NCBI GenBank assembly: GCA_001724265.1
Contig: MEDY01000177.1
Location: 1 to 56,346 of the forward strand
DNA length: 56,346 bases
Source of the DNA: Rhizaria sp. SCN 62-66
Taxonomy: Eukaryota
Direction of reading: 5' to 3'
The notes under the pieces were generated by a model. It did not search any database. It was given only the letters and a program-made list of their open reading frames with translations, and was not told the DNA's origin. Positions 35,580 through 47,200 of the stretch are shown here, piece after piece (the stretch's first letter is position 1; each line of letters opens with the position of its first letter). The translations under genes were made by a program, and so were the position numbers.

Positions 35580-36010
35580 TTATGCCTTGTCCTCGAGCTC
35601 CTTCTTCGCTTGCTCGTGCATGGCATACATGAGCTTGGTGATACGCTCGCAGAGGGCCTTATGGTCGTTCTGCGCGCGCACAAGGTCATGCCGCACCTCG
35701 CGCACCTGATACACGTCGATGTCGGCGCGCGGGAAACCTTCTTCGTCTACCAGGCGCGCGCCTGCGCCGTAGGAACCCATAGCGGTGCTGTGGGTCATGT
35801 GAAGGGGGGAAAGCAACAAACAAGAAAGCGGTTTGTGGTCAGCGTGGGTCTACAACGGGATCAGGCGTGCAACGAGTTCAAATAGGGGATATACCAGTGC
35901 GTTAGCACGTACCGCTCCACAGTTTGCATGTCTACAATCTTGCTCTCGAGCTCAGCGCGCTCCTTGGCGAGATCCTTGAGCTGCTGCCTCATCTCCGCAG
36001 CGGTGGACAT
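35580..36010 (-). CDS. PSMD9: PSMD9/Nas2 N-terminal-domain protein (101 aa); exons 36010-35913 and 35787-35580
   Basis: Spliced translation ..LAKERAELESKI..RLVDEEGFPRADIDVYQVREVRHDLVRAQNDHKALCERITKLMYAMH matches the Nas2_N signature LVD.EGFPR.DID.Y.VR..R......NDH. No PDZ domain is seen. Confidence 0.85.
35788..35912 (-). other. Spliceosomal intron (125 nt)
   Basis: CG|GTACGT ... CCCACAG|C; phase 2, restoring CGC and the frame. Confidence 0.85.
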
Positions 36011-36252
36011 GTTGGGCTGAACCCGTGAAAGGCCGCCAACGTGAATAGACAGTGTTATTCATGTTTCTGTGAGATATTATTTAACACAATAGGATTATTT
36101 GTTGGTTCATCGATTATATTATAAAAGAACTTCTGTTGTCGGACGTTTTAACCACGAACATCACATCCGAAATCTCGGATCAATGAGTCACGTCTCTATC
36201 CACTCGTGGTCACCCTGCTCACCTCATTCGTTCTCATCTGCTTTGTCTTAGC

Positions 36253-37962
36253 ATGAGCGCTCCTGCTGCTTCCACCGAGGCTCCCGTGCCGTCTTGCGGT
36301 TCCAAGAGCACCGGCACCTGCGGCCGCGCCTCCGACCCCGCGCCCAAGGGGTGGGGCTCGTTCCACTCGGAGCGCGAGGACGAGCGCGTCGAAGTCCTCA
36401 TCCGCAAGCCCGAGTCCGAGTACAAGCCGCCCGCGCTGGCCGTTCCGCTTGACGCCTGGTGGCGCGCGTTTCCTGTTCCGGGCTCCGAAGCTGCGGCGGC
36501 GACAGACTCGTCCCCGGCCGTCGTGCCTTTCGGCGCCGAGACCAAGCGCGCTCTCTTCCACCTCGAGCCGTCGTGGGCGTTCCTCAACCACGGTGCGTTC
36601 GGCGCCGCGCTGCGTCCCGTCGTCGCCGCCGCGCGCGCGTGGCACGACCGCATGGAGGCGCAGCCGCTGCGGTTTATTGACCGCGAGATGTTGCCGCTGT
36701 TGGTGTACGTCACGCGCGAAACGGCCAAGTACTTTAACGCGCCTGCCCTCGACGTGGTGATGCTCGCTAACGCCACAACGGGACTCAACACCGTGTTCCG
36801 CTCCCTGGGGCTGCGCGCGGGCGAGCGCGTGGCGACGCTGGACTTGGGCTACGGCGCAACGGACAAGATGCTGAAGCACGTGTGCGCCGAGGCTGGCGCC
36901 GTGCACGACCGCATCGGCATCCCGTTGCCCGTGCCATCAGTCAAGGCGCTTGTCGGCGCAGTCAAGCGGTACTTCATCCGCCACCGGCCCGCGCGCCCCG
37001 AGGGCAAGAGCGCTGAGGCCGAGGGCGACGGCGCTGGTGCTGCCGCGAAGGACGGCAGCGCTGCGGGGACGAAGGATGACGATGCTGGTAGTGCTGGTGA
37101 CGCGCTTGTCGACGCGAGCGGCAACGCCGTGACGGCGGTGTTCGGCCAAGACGTGCTGCCCGTGCGCCGCGGCACTGCGCGCGACGGCGGCGTGCGCTTG
37201 CTCGTGCTCGACTATGTTAACAGTAATTCTGGCGTGCGCCTCCCGCTGGCCGAGCTCATCGCCGCCTGCCGCGCTGAGGGCGTCGAAGTGCTCGTCGACG
37301 GCGCGCACTGCTGGGGCTCGCTTGAGGTCGACCTGGCGGCGATTAAGCCGACGTACTTTGTCGCCAACGCGCACAAGTGGCTGTGCGCGAGCAAAGGGTG
37401 CGCGATGCTGTACGTGGCGCCCGCGGCTCAGGCTGGGATTGTGCCGCTTAACATCTCGCACGGCCACGGTGGCGGCTTCACGTCGAGCTTCACATGGACC
37501 GGGCTGCAGGACTACGGGCCCTGGCTCGCGCTGCTGACGGCATTTGACTTCTGGCGCCGTGCGGGGCCCGAGCGCCTGCGCGGGTACATTCACTCTACTG
37601 TCCTGGCGGGCGCGCGGCTGCTGTGCGAGCGCTGGGGCACGGAGCTGATCGCGCCCGAGGAGATGATGCTGCCGATGGCCACGGTGCGACTACCGGGCCC
37701 GCGCGTGCCGCGGTCGGGCAGCGAGCACACACAGCTGCAGGATGCGCTGCACTTCCGCTTCGGCGTCGAGGCCCCCGTGCGCATGCTCAACAACAGGCTT
37801 TATGTGCGTGTGTCGGCGCACATCTACACCGATCTCAGCGAGTTCGAACGCCTCGCCGACGCCATGCTCGAGTTGCGCCCGCGGCTCAGTGCGGAGGAGG
37901 ACGAGGCCGACAAGGAAGCCGCGGAGAACGCCGAGGTCGTCAAGCCCGACAGCGGCTGTTGA
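36253..37962 (+). CDS. Class-V PLP-dependent enzyme, L-cysteine desulfhydrase / hercynylcysteine sulfoxide lyase (Egt2) / isopenicillin N epimerase-like
   Basis: FLNHGAFG, E.QP.RF, NATTGLNTVFRS, VDGAH, ANAHKWLC (PLP lysine), ISHG, F.WTG.QDY and YVRVSAHIY. TGA stop. The exact substrate cannot be determined from sequence. Confidence 0.88.
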   Translation: MSAPAASTEAPVPSCGSKSTGTCGRASDPAPKGWGSFHSEREDERVEVLIRKPESEYKPPALAVPLDAWWRAFPVPGSEAAAATDSSPAVVPFGAETKRALFHLEPSWAFLNHGAFGAALRPVVAAARAWHDRMEAQPLRFIDREMLPLLVYVTRETAKYFNAPALDVVMLANATTGLNTVFRSLGLRAGERVATLDLGYGATDKMLKHVCAEAGAVHDRIGIPLPVPSVKALVGAVKRYFIRHRPARPEGKSAEAEGDGAGAAAKDGSAAGTKDDDAGSAGDALVDASGNAVTAVFGQDVLPVRRGTARDGGVRLLVLDYVNSNSGVRLPLAELIAACRAEGVEVLVDGAHCWGSLEVDLAAIKPTYFVANAHKWLCASKGCAMLYVAPAAQAGIVPLNISHGHGGGFTSSFTWTGLQDYGPWLALLTAFDFWRRAGPERLRGYIHSTVLAGARLLCERWGTELIAPEEMMLPMATVRLPGPRVPRSGSEHTQLQDALHFRFGVEAPVRMLNNRLYVRVSAHIYTDLSEFERLADAMLELRPRLSAEEDEADKEAAENAEVVKPDSGC

Positions 37963-38207
37963 ATAGAACAAGTTGTTATGTTACAGCCAACCGCAAGTGT
38001 TGAGTGCGTGTCGCGTAGACTAGTCAGGCCGGTGTGTAGTTTGAAGACTTAAAGATTTGAATTGAAAGTTCGCAGCTGTATTCGTACCAACAGTTGTAGT
38101 CCACTAATGTAAATAAATATGTCTAAGTAACTATTAAAATCATTGATTGGAGTAAGTGTGGAGAAAATTATCGGTGCAAGTATCACCTTGATCGAAAAAC
38201 AAAACGA

Positions 38208-41200
38208 TTATTCTAAAGGAATAATGTTGTCTTCATCGACGTCATCATCGCACGCGTCATCGGCATCCTCCATGTTCAAGCCCGCGTCGGCAGCCGCATC
38301 GTCGTCTTCGTACTCGTAAGCGATCCCATCTTCGTCCTCGTCCTCGTCCTCCTCTTCGTCGTCGCCGTCCACGAACTGCACCGTGTCGGTCACGCGCCAT
38401 CGCAGCCGCGGCCACGCCCCCGCCACGCGCGCGTCCTCTACGGTACCCGCGCCGCCCTCTGGCCCCGCGGCGCGCAGCAGCGTCGTGGCGGCGGTGGCGG
38501 CGGCGCGCGGGGGCAGCAACACCGCCGCGGCGGCCATAAACACATCTGTCAGCGCGCCCAGGGGAACGGCGTTCAGCGCGGCAACGGCTCCGCTGCTTCT
38601 CGCTGTGTCAGAGGTCAACGCAATCTTGCGTTTGGCCCATTTGCTCTTGCTCTTTTTCGCAGCCATCAGCGCGTTCAAGTGCCTATAAGGCTGGATCTCG
38701 TGGTTCTTATGTGGGCGCTGTAGCTGCACATGCTGCTGCTTCGCTCCACCCTGTGACTGCGGCTGCTGCGGTGCACTGCGCGATAGGTCAGGCGCATCCG
38801 TTGCAGCGCGCTTGGTTCCAGCGCCAACGCGCGCTTGCTCTGTCGCATGGGCGTTAGCGTTCGCAGTTGCCCGCGCTTTCGCTGCCATTGTTGCGTCGAC
38901 CATCTTGCTATCATGAGCGCCTTCGCCCTCGTCGTCGTCAGAGTCCGCGACAGTGTGGCGCGGCGCTAGACGGAGCGCAAACTCGCCCGGGCGCGCGGGC
39001 CCCGGCGGCAGCAGCACGCGCCCGCACAGCGTCGCGCGCGTCGCCGGCGTCGCGCCGCAGCGACAGTCGAGCCCGTGTCCGCACGTGTTAACGCAGAGCG
39101 CGCACATGCCGAACCCGCGCGGCACCCCGTGCGCACAGTTGGTCTCGCCCGCGACCGCATCCGAGGTCAGTGTGCGGTGGTGATGCTGCGCCTCGCTCAG
39201 CATGACTTCAAGGTCGCCGTCGCGCGCGTTCGCGGGCAGCATGCACGTCAGCAGGGCGCGGTGCAGCGCGAGTCCTGCGCTCTCCGCTGCCTGTTGTGTG
39301 TGCGCCTGTGCCTGTGTGCCTGATGTGACTGCGGACGGCCATGCTGCGAGGTCGCAGGCGGGCCAGCGGTCCACGCCGGCCGCGCGCGCCGCCGCGGCCT
39401 GCGCAGCATCGGCGACCGCGGATGCACTCGGCATCACCACCGTCGCCGCAGCTGCAGCCGCACGGTCCGGTTCGCAGTGGTCAAGCAGACGCACGTAGTC
39501 AAAGTCGTCGACCTCCGCAGTGTCACCATTCTCCCCTGTCTCTGCTGTGCTCAGGCGCACCGCGGCCAGGAATGCAGTCACATCGGCCTCGCTCAAACCA
39601 GGGTTTGCACTCAAAACATCATGAGCAACAGCATTTGCAACGGCGCTGGGATTCACAACAGCAGCAGACGGATCCGCGTCTGCTGCAGGCAGCGAGAGTC
39701 CGAAGAACTCTTCAGCAGCGCGGCCTGACAACTCGACCCACACCGCATCCGGCGGCGGCGCTTCTACCGCGGGCTCCTCCACCACATGCCCGCCCAGCGC
39801 CTCGTCCGCCATTGCGGCGGAGATCGCGGCGGCGGCCGCCTCAATCTCGGCCGCGGTCATCGCGCCGTCGCCGTCGCTGCCTGCGCCGGAGCCCGCGGCG
39901 GTCGCCAGCGCCTGGTTACCATACACTGCAGCAGCGCGCGCGGCGTTGGTGGTCTGCGCGGCGGCCGCGTCGCCCACTGTGTCGGGGTCGGACAGCCGCA
40001 GCGCGATGCGCCACCGCCAGCGCAGTGCGTGGAGGCAGCGGGGGCACACTCCCGGGCACGACGCCGGCAGCGGTAGGTGTGTGGACGCGGCCGACATCCT
40101 CTGCAGCAACGCGAGCGGCAGTTGCGAGACGACGGCGGCGGATGTGGCACCGCGCCTGCTGTGCACAGCGGCGAACTCGTGCCATGTGCGGATGGCGGCG
40201 TTGCGCGTCGCGTAGCGGCGGCAGCGGCCGCAAAAGGGTCGTGAAAAATCTGACGCAGCGGCGGGCAAGTGCGCAGTTACGCAGCCGAGCACGCGCCGCA
40301 GTCGCGGATGCAGCCGCAGCATCGCGCGCGCGACTGACGGCGCGATGGCCTTGGCCTCCCGTTCGCCCAGCTGCAGCTGCGCAATCTCTTGCTCACGCGC
40401 GCGCGTCTTTTCGGTGCAATCCGCACCAGGTGCGTGCAGTGCAGCGGCGCTGGCATCTAGATCGGTCAGAAGAGTGTCGAACTCGACGGGCGCCCACGCG
40501 CCCGCGCTGTCTTCGCCGATCTGCATCGCCTCTTCGAGATGCTCGCGCGCCGCACCCAGCAGCGTCACCAGCCCGGCCGGCGTCAGCGGCTCGCAGTCGG
40601 CAGCGGCGGCAACAGCTGCAACCACGGCGCTGGTAGCAGTGGCGTTAGATTCCACGGCAACATCGTCAACGATCGAAGCAGACGTTGACTCTTCGTCATC
40701 GCCCTTGGCATCGCCATATGTATTGGCATCAGCATCGATGTTGTCATGAGAGTCACGATCATGCATTGCATTGCGTTCGTTAACATCTGCGCTACTATCA
40801 TCCTTGTTATCACTTTGCGCGCCGGTCCGGGCAAGCCGCGCAGCACGGCGTGTTTGCCTGCGCGCCTCGGCTTCAGCGAACCGGGCTGCCTGGGCTGAAA
40901 TCAACGTCGCCGCTGCAGCGCGAGCGGCGACAGTTGCTACAGCGCCCGTGGCCACAAAAGATCCAGGGCCACCGCGCGCCTGTGCGGGCGGCGGCTGACC
41001 GTACCTATGCTGCGGCAGCGGTTGTGGCGCCGATGCGGCGGGCACGTAGCGGTAGTTACGCAGCGAGCGCCGCAGATACCGGGCGAACGCGACTGCTGCA
41101 GTTGTGGGTCCCTTCTCCGTCGTCGCCTCGGTCTTCACAACCACCGCACCGCTTGCATCTTCACTGGCACTCGCGCTTGAGTGTGACTGGCGGCTTGGCT

Positions 41201-44200
41201 GGCACACCATGGTCGGCGGCGGCGTCGGCAGTGTGCGTGGTGCGCCGTGCGCGAAGAACGCGGCCTGGAAAGCCCCCACCAGCGCGGCGCCCAGGCGCGG
41301 CAGCGGCGCGGACAGCGCGACAGCGGGCCACAGCAGCGGCAGTCCCCGCCAGCACTGCGGCGCAACGGTGTCGCAGCAATCCTGGTCCACGGGCGTGGGG
41401 GCGCTGCATGGCGCCAGGAGCGAAAATGAAACGACCGCACCCGGGCCCGCAACGCGCGCGCTGCACGGCGCCGCTGACTCCGCGACAACGCCGCCAGACG
41501 CGGAGTACGTCGCGGTGTAGGTGGGCAACAGGACGGGAAACACGGCACCGCGGCTCGGGCGCAGCGCCGCAGGCAGCAATGCGCGTGCGCGGGTGCACGC
41601 TGCAGACATCGCGGCAATGCGTGCAGATGTGCGAGAGTCTGTAGCTGCGGCTTCAAAAGCAGCAAGCGCAGATCCGTCCCAAACCAGTGCGACGGACAGC
41701 GGCGGCGCGGTGGCGTTGCTCGCCGGGGGTGTGAGCGTCAACGCAGCCAGTACAAGGGCAAAAGCGCGTGACGAGGGCGCGGCTGCTATCGTCGTTGCAG
41801 CAGAAGTCGCTGCAGCGGAGGGAGCAGCAGTCGCAGCGGCGGCAACCTGGCCGAGGGGCAGCGCGAGGCGGTCAAGCAAAGGCAGAGGATAAAGCCATGG
41901 CAGATTTGATGCAGGTAAAGGAAACGAAAGCGCCGCAGCGGCCGCAGAAGCAGCGGTTTCCTCATCTTTGTCCTCACCGTCGACAGCGTTGTTGCTATTG
42001 CAACTCTCGTCGACGTCAGAATCAGCGTCAGAGTCGGGCGCAGATGCAGCGACAGGCTTCGTTGTTGCATCAACAATACTGCCATTTGCGCCCGCAGTCG
42101 CGTTCGCAGCACTGCTGCTTCCATCTTTATCACCATCTCCCATGTTCGCCCCCGCAACAGCACTCCGGACGCTTATAGCAGCAGCAGGCTTCGCGAGAGG
42201 CCGCTCCATCGGACTGACCGTGGCCGCGTGGCGCGCCCACTCGCGCACGAGCTCACTGAGCTTGACACGCGCGCCGGGGGGCACGACGCCCGCTGCGACA
42301 ACCATGTCCGCGCCCGTCACGCCGCCGCCACGCCCACTCGCGCGCGCGTTAGCCGCGGCGACACCGCAAGAGCTCTCGGCGTGCATCGCGGCCGCGGCAG
42401 CAGGAACGGATGAGAAGACGGGGCCGAGCGCGGCGGCCCAGCGCAGCGGCGCGGGCACCACAGTGGAGCCCGTCGCCGATACAGCCGCGAGCGCGCTGCA
42501 CTGCATCATCGCGTCAAACGCGTCAATGCACACGAGTACGCAGTCACTGTTCTCATGATCGCTGGCAGTCGCATCAAGCGAGGTTGCTGCCGCGACGGCG
42601 CACGAGGCCGCCGCGGCCGTGGCGTCAGCGGCCGCCGCAGCGGTGGAGAGTGTGGCTGCGTGCCAGGCAAGCGCGCGCTGCACGCGCGCATAGTCCTCCG
42701 CGTCCGGCACCGAAGGTTCGGTGCGGGTGTCAACGCGGAGCTGCAGCGGGCGACTCGCGCGCAGCAGAGTCGGGACAATGCCCACGCCCGTGCTTGCAGC
42801 CGCACCTGCGCTCACTCCTGCAGCTGTGACTGGAGCTGGCGATAAGGACTGTACCTGTGGGGCCTGAGACTGTTTGTTGCTGCGCTTGCCCCGGCCCCTG
42901 GCACGAAGCACCGGCTCCGTCGAGTTCGCGTGTGCGCCTCCACTTGCACTGTCATTGTGTCTGGCGGCCGCGAACGCGCACGCAAGCGCGCGCGGCACGG
43001 CGGCCAGCAGAGACGCGGGCTTCGCAGCGTCGGCCTTGTTCAGCGTGCGGAACGACGTCTTGGGCGGCGTGCAGAACAGCCCGCGATTGCGGTCGTATGT
43101 GAGCCGCAGTTGCACGGGCTCGCCCGTCAGCGCCGCCGCAGGCAGCGCGCGCAGCACGAAGTCGGACTCGGCCACGAACACGCGTAACACGGTGCCGGTG
43201 CGCGGTAGAGCGCGCAGGGGGAGAGCCGGCGGGGGCAGCGTGCGGCCGCCCGCGCCGGCGCCCACACTGGCGCTGCTGGTGTTGTTGCTCGCGGCGGGAG
43301 TGTTGGTGTAGTCCGGCGGATGCAGCGGCACAGTGGACGGCATAATAGAGCCGTCCCACACATCGACCACGGCCTCGGCATTGCTGTTGGCGTAGCTCGA
43401 CGCTGACGTGTAGCGCAACACAGCGACGAGCACAGTGAAAAACGTCTGCGAGCGCACGTTATCAGTGAACGTGGCCGCGCCCATCTCAGCCAGCGAGATG
43501 AGCGCCGCCGTCGTAGGCCGCACGTCGCCGCCGCTACTCACGCTGCGGGACGCGGCCTGCGCGGCTGCCACGGCGCACGCGCCCGTCCCGCTCGCGACGG
43601 GCGCCAGCAGCGCGGGAGGTACTGGCCAGCGCACGCAGCAGGGGAACGCCGGGTGCGCTAGCCCGGGCGGCACCGCGGCGCGCGCGGCGGCGGCGACGGC
43701 GAGCGCGGCCACCTCGGCGCGCGCGTCGGCGCGGCCCTCGCTGTGCGCTTGCGCCGAGGTCATTTGCGACTGCGCGAGCTCCTGCAGCGCCGCGAGGGGC
43801 GGCAGCGCGGCGGGCGCGGGCAGCCACGGCGGCGCGAGCAACGGCAGCCACAGTCGCGGCGCCTTGCCGCTCGCGCGTGCAGAAGCCGGTGCAGCTACGC
43901 TGGATGAATTCGGCGAGTTCACGGTGGTCGTTGGAGCGGCAGCAGCAGCGGCGGCCGCGGCGGCTTGGTTCGCGGTGCGCAGCGCTGCAACGGCTGTCTT
44001 GGCGGCGGACGCGGCGACCATGCACATCTCGGCGTTTTGCGCCGCGGACACCGTCGTGCGCGCCAGCACGTGCACGACGCGCCCGGCCACCGTCCCCGCG
44101 GTCGCCGCCGAGTCGTCCACTGGGTGGCCGTAGGCGTCGAGGGTCTGGGTCGCGGGTGGGGGTGCAGCGGCAGCGCCGCGGGGGCGCGGCAGCGGCGCGG

Positions 44201-47200
44201 GTATAGGCAGCAGCAGCGCGGGCAGCGCCTCGGCAGACTCCAACAGCAGCGCATAGCGCTCTACGGCGTCGTCCGCCGTCGAGTCCAGGTCAGCACTCGC
44301 ACTTAAGCGACTGGTGGTATCGTGAGCGTTGTTGACAGGGAGCCTTGTGAGGAGAATGCTGGCAGGATCTAAGTACCCGTCTAGGGAGATGACATCGAGG
44401 TCAAGCACGGGATCTAAGTAGAACCCATCTCTATAGCCGCCGCGGAGCTCCCAGTGTGCGCCGTCCCACAGCCCCGGTCCGTCACGCACCGCTGGGTGCG
44501 GACACAGGTACTGCAGCAGCGGCACCAGCGGCCGCAGCCGGGCCGCGCTGTGTGCGCCGTGGCTCGACGGCACGCACGCAATGGGCCGCGAGTCGCCGGC
44601 GCCGACGCCTTCGCCCAGACCGGCCGCGGCGCCGCGCGCGGTCGCCGCGGCATTCGCGACCGCGCCGCGTAGCACCGCGCGCTCGTGCTCACGGTCACTC
44701 ATCACTAACGCACTCGCACGCGCGCTCGCACTTGAAATCGGGGAAGGGTCTTGCGTCATCGTGAGCGTGAGAGTAAGTGACAGCGCAGCTGCGACGACAG
44801 CGTCAAGTGCGCGCTGCAGCGCGGCGGGCGCAGCGGCTGCTAACACGTTCTCAACATGCCACGCCAGCGCTGCAGGGGTTGCGAGAAGCGGTGGAGTGAC
44901 GGTGCCAGCGCTCGCGTCGCCTGCGTGCGACGGCGGCTGCGACGGCGGCTGTGACGGCGGTTGCGACTGCGCGAGAGAGTGCGACTGTGTGCGCCCTTGC
45001 GGAGAGCCAAGCTGAGTCCGTGCGCGACGTGCGGCAGCAGCGGTGATCGCAGGCTTCGAGCCGCCGCCACCGCCCCCGTGGAGAGCGCTGTTCGTGGCAA
45101 CGGCGCGCACGACAGAGGCGACCGCAGCTAGCGACGCGGGCGCGGGCGCGCGGGCGAGACGGCGGCACAGCGCAATAAACGGCTCCGGTCCCGGCTGCCC
45201 GCCGCCGAAAACAGTCCTGTACTCGACGTCATCATCGTCGTCATCATCGTTCTCCACGTCAGCGTCGCGCATGTTCGCGCTCGCGTTCATGTTGTTAAAA
45301 TTGCTGTTATTGTTATTCGCGCCGACTACCGCAGCGGGCGAGACTGCGCCGTGCAGCAGCAGCCAGCGCGCGGCGAGGCGGCGCAGTGGCGCGCGCGCGG
45401 CCGGCGCGGCGGGGTCACTCAGCACCGCCAGCAGCGCGCGCGCGGGTGCCGTGGACAGCGCGGCGGCGGCGGCGGCGGTCAGCGGCGCAGGCAGCGGTGA
45501 GGGCAGAGGGACCATCAGCTGCAGAGAGAGGAACAGACTGAGCGCCTCTGCAGGCAGGGGCAGCAACAGTGCGGGGCGCGGCGCCAGCGCTGCCGCGAGA
45601 GGGCCCCGCGCAACTGTGGTTGTAGTAGCTGCAGAGGCACCGAAGGATGGCCGCGCTGGGGGACCGTATGGGTTTGGAGGCCTTAGTGCGTTGAAGCTGC
45701 CGGTGGCAGGCTGTGGTGTGGCGTTGAACTGAGGAACCGGAGCAGTTGACGGTGTCGCGTGTGATGTCGGAGGAGGCCTACGAGCATAGATGCTGCCCAG
45801 CCCTGACGAAGCAGTCACAGCAGGTGTTCCAGTAGCAGTAGAAGCAGTAGCGCTCGTGGATATAGCTGACGCACGCTCACTGTTGCCGCTGCTACTATCG
45901 GTGCTGATGTTTGAAGACTCTGCAGCAGTTACTGACTGTGGCTGCGACTGTGAGAGGTCAAAGTCAAGCCGCCTCACTGGGTCCGCCTGCGACTGCTGTG
46001 ACTGATCTTGCGTCGTGCTCGCCGATGTAGACTGCGTCGATTGCGACTGCGACTGGGCGCCGAGCGGCCTGCGCGGGCCTGCGATGGCGGCGAGCGTCGC
46101 CGGCGACGCGCTGCGGATGCTTGTCGACATCGCATCGTCGCCCTCGTCGCTCAGGCTGTCGCCGCGGGTGCAGCGCTGATAAGTGTCGCCCGGCAGGCGG
46201 TCGGTCACGCACGGGCCGTACCCGCTGATGATGCCGCGGGACCCCGGAGTCGCGCCGGCGTCCTGGCTCATCGCCGCCGCGGGAGCGCGGCTGCTCTCGC
46301 CAGTGGAGCTGTGCAAGGCCACGCGGGAGCGCGGGCCGCGGACACCGCCTGTACTTTGCGCAGCAGCAGCAGCAGTATATCCGGGGCCAATCACCCCGAC
46401 GCTGCTGTCGTTGCTGCTGCTACTTGAGTTGCCTTTCGAACTTTCGGTCGTCGTCGGGCTGTAGGCGACGTCAAGACTGTTGATCGCATCCTGGCCCTTC
46501 TCCTCGCCGTCACCCAACGCTCGTCGCCACCGGCGCTCACTGCTATCGCTACTACTGCCGTCGCCCTGGCGCGAGCCCAGGACAGTCTCCGCATCAGCAG
46601 CGTTCGCGGACACAGCAGCGGCGGCAGTGGAGCCGGCGCCAGGGCTCGAGCCAGAGTCCGAAGACAGCGAAATCGCGTCTCTGTCGCAGTCGCCACGGAG
46701 GCTGCGCACTGCAGTTGCGGCAGCTGCAGCGGGGGCAGCGGATGTGGTGAACGGCTCCAGTGGCGGCGGCTGCGACATAAACTGCATCTGTGACTGAGAG
46801 TCAAATTGCTGCTGCGATGGTGCCACGCCAGCTTCAGAGCTTGCGCCCGCATCGGTCATGGCAGCGCCGGCGGCTGTGGCTGCGTCGGTTTCAGTTGCTG
46901 GCTTAAACGTCAATTCGGATTTGACCTCATCGCCGCGGACTTTACTGTCAATACTCTCCTCTTGCTTGGGAATCACGACCTCCAACACCTCCAAATCGCT
47001 GTCATCGTCATCGCTGTCGTTGTCACTTTCAGTCTCGGAGTTTGCCGCAGCGGGACACCCGCGCGTCGCTTGCGCTTCTTGAGCTGCAAAGGTTGCCGTT
47101 GATGGTGCTGCTGTCGCAGACGCAGCAGAAGTCTCAGCTGTAGTATCACCTTGACTGGGACTGCGTTTCACCTCATGAGGCTCATCATGAGCCTTTTCTT

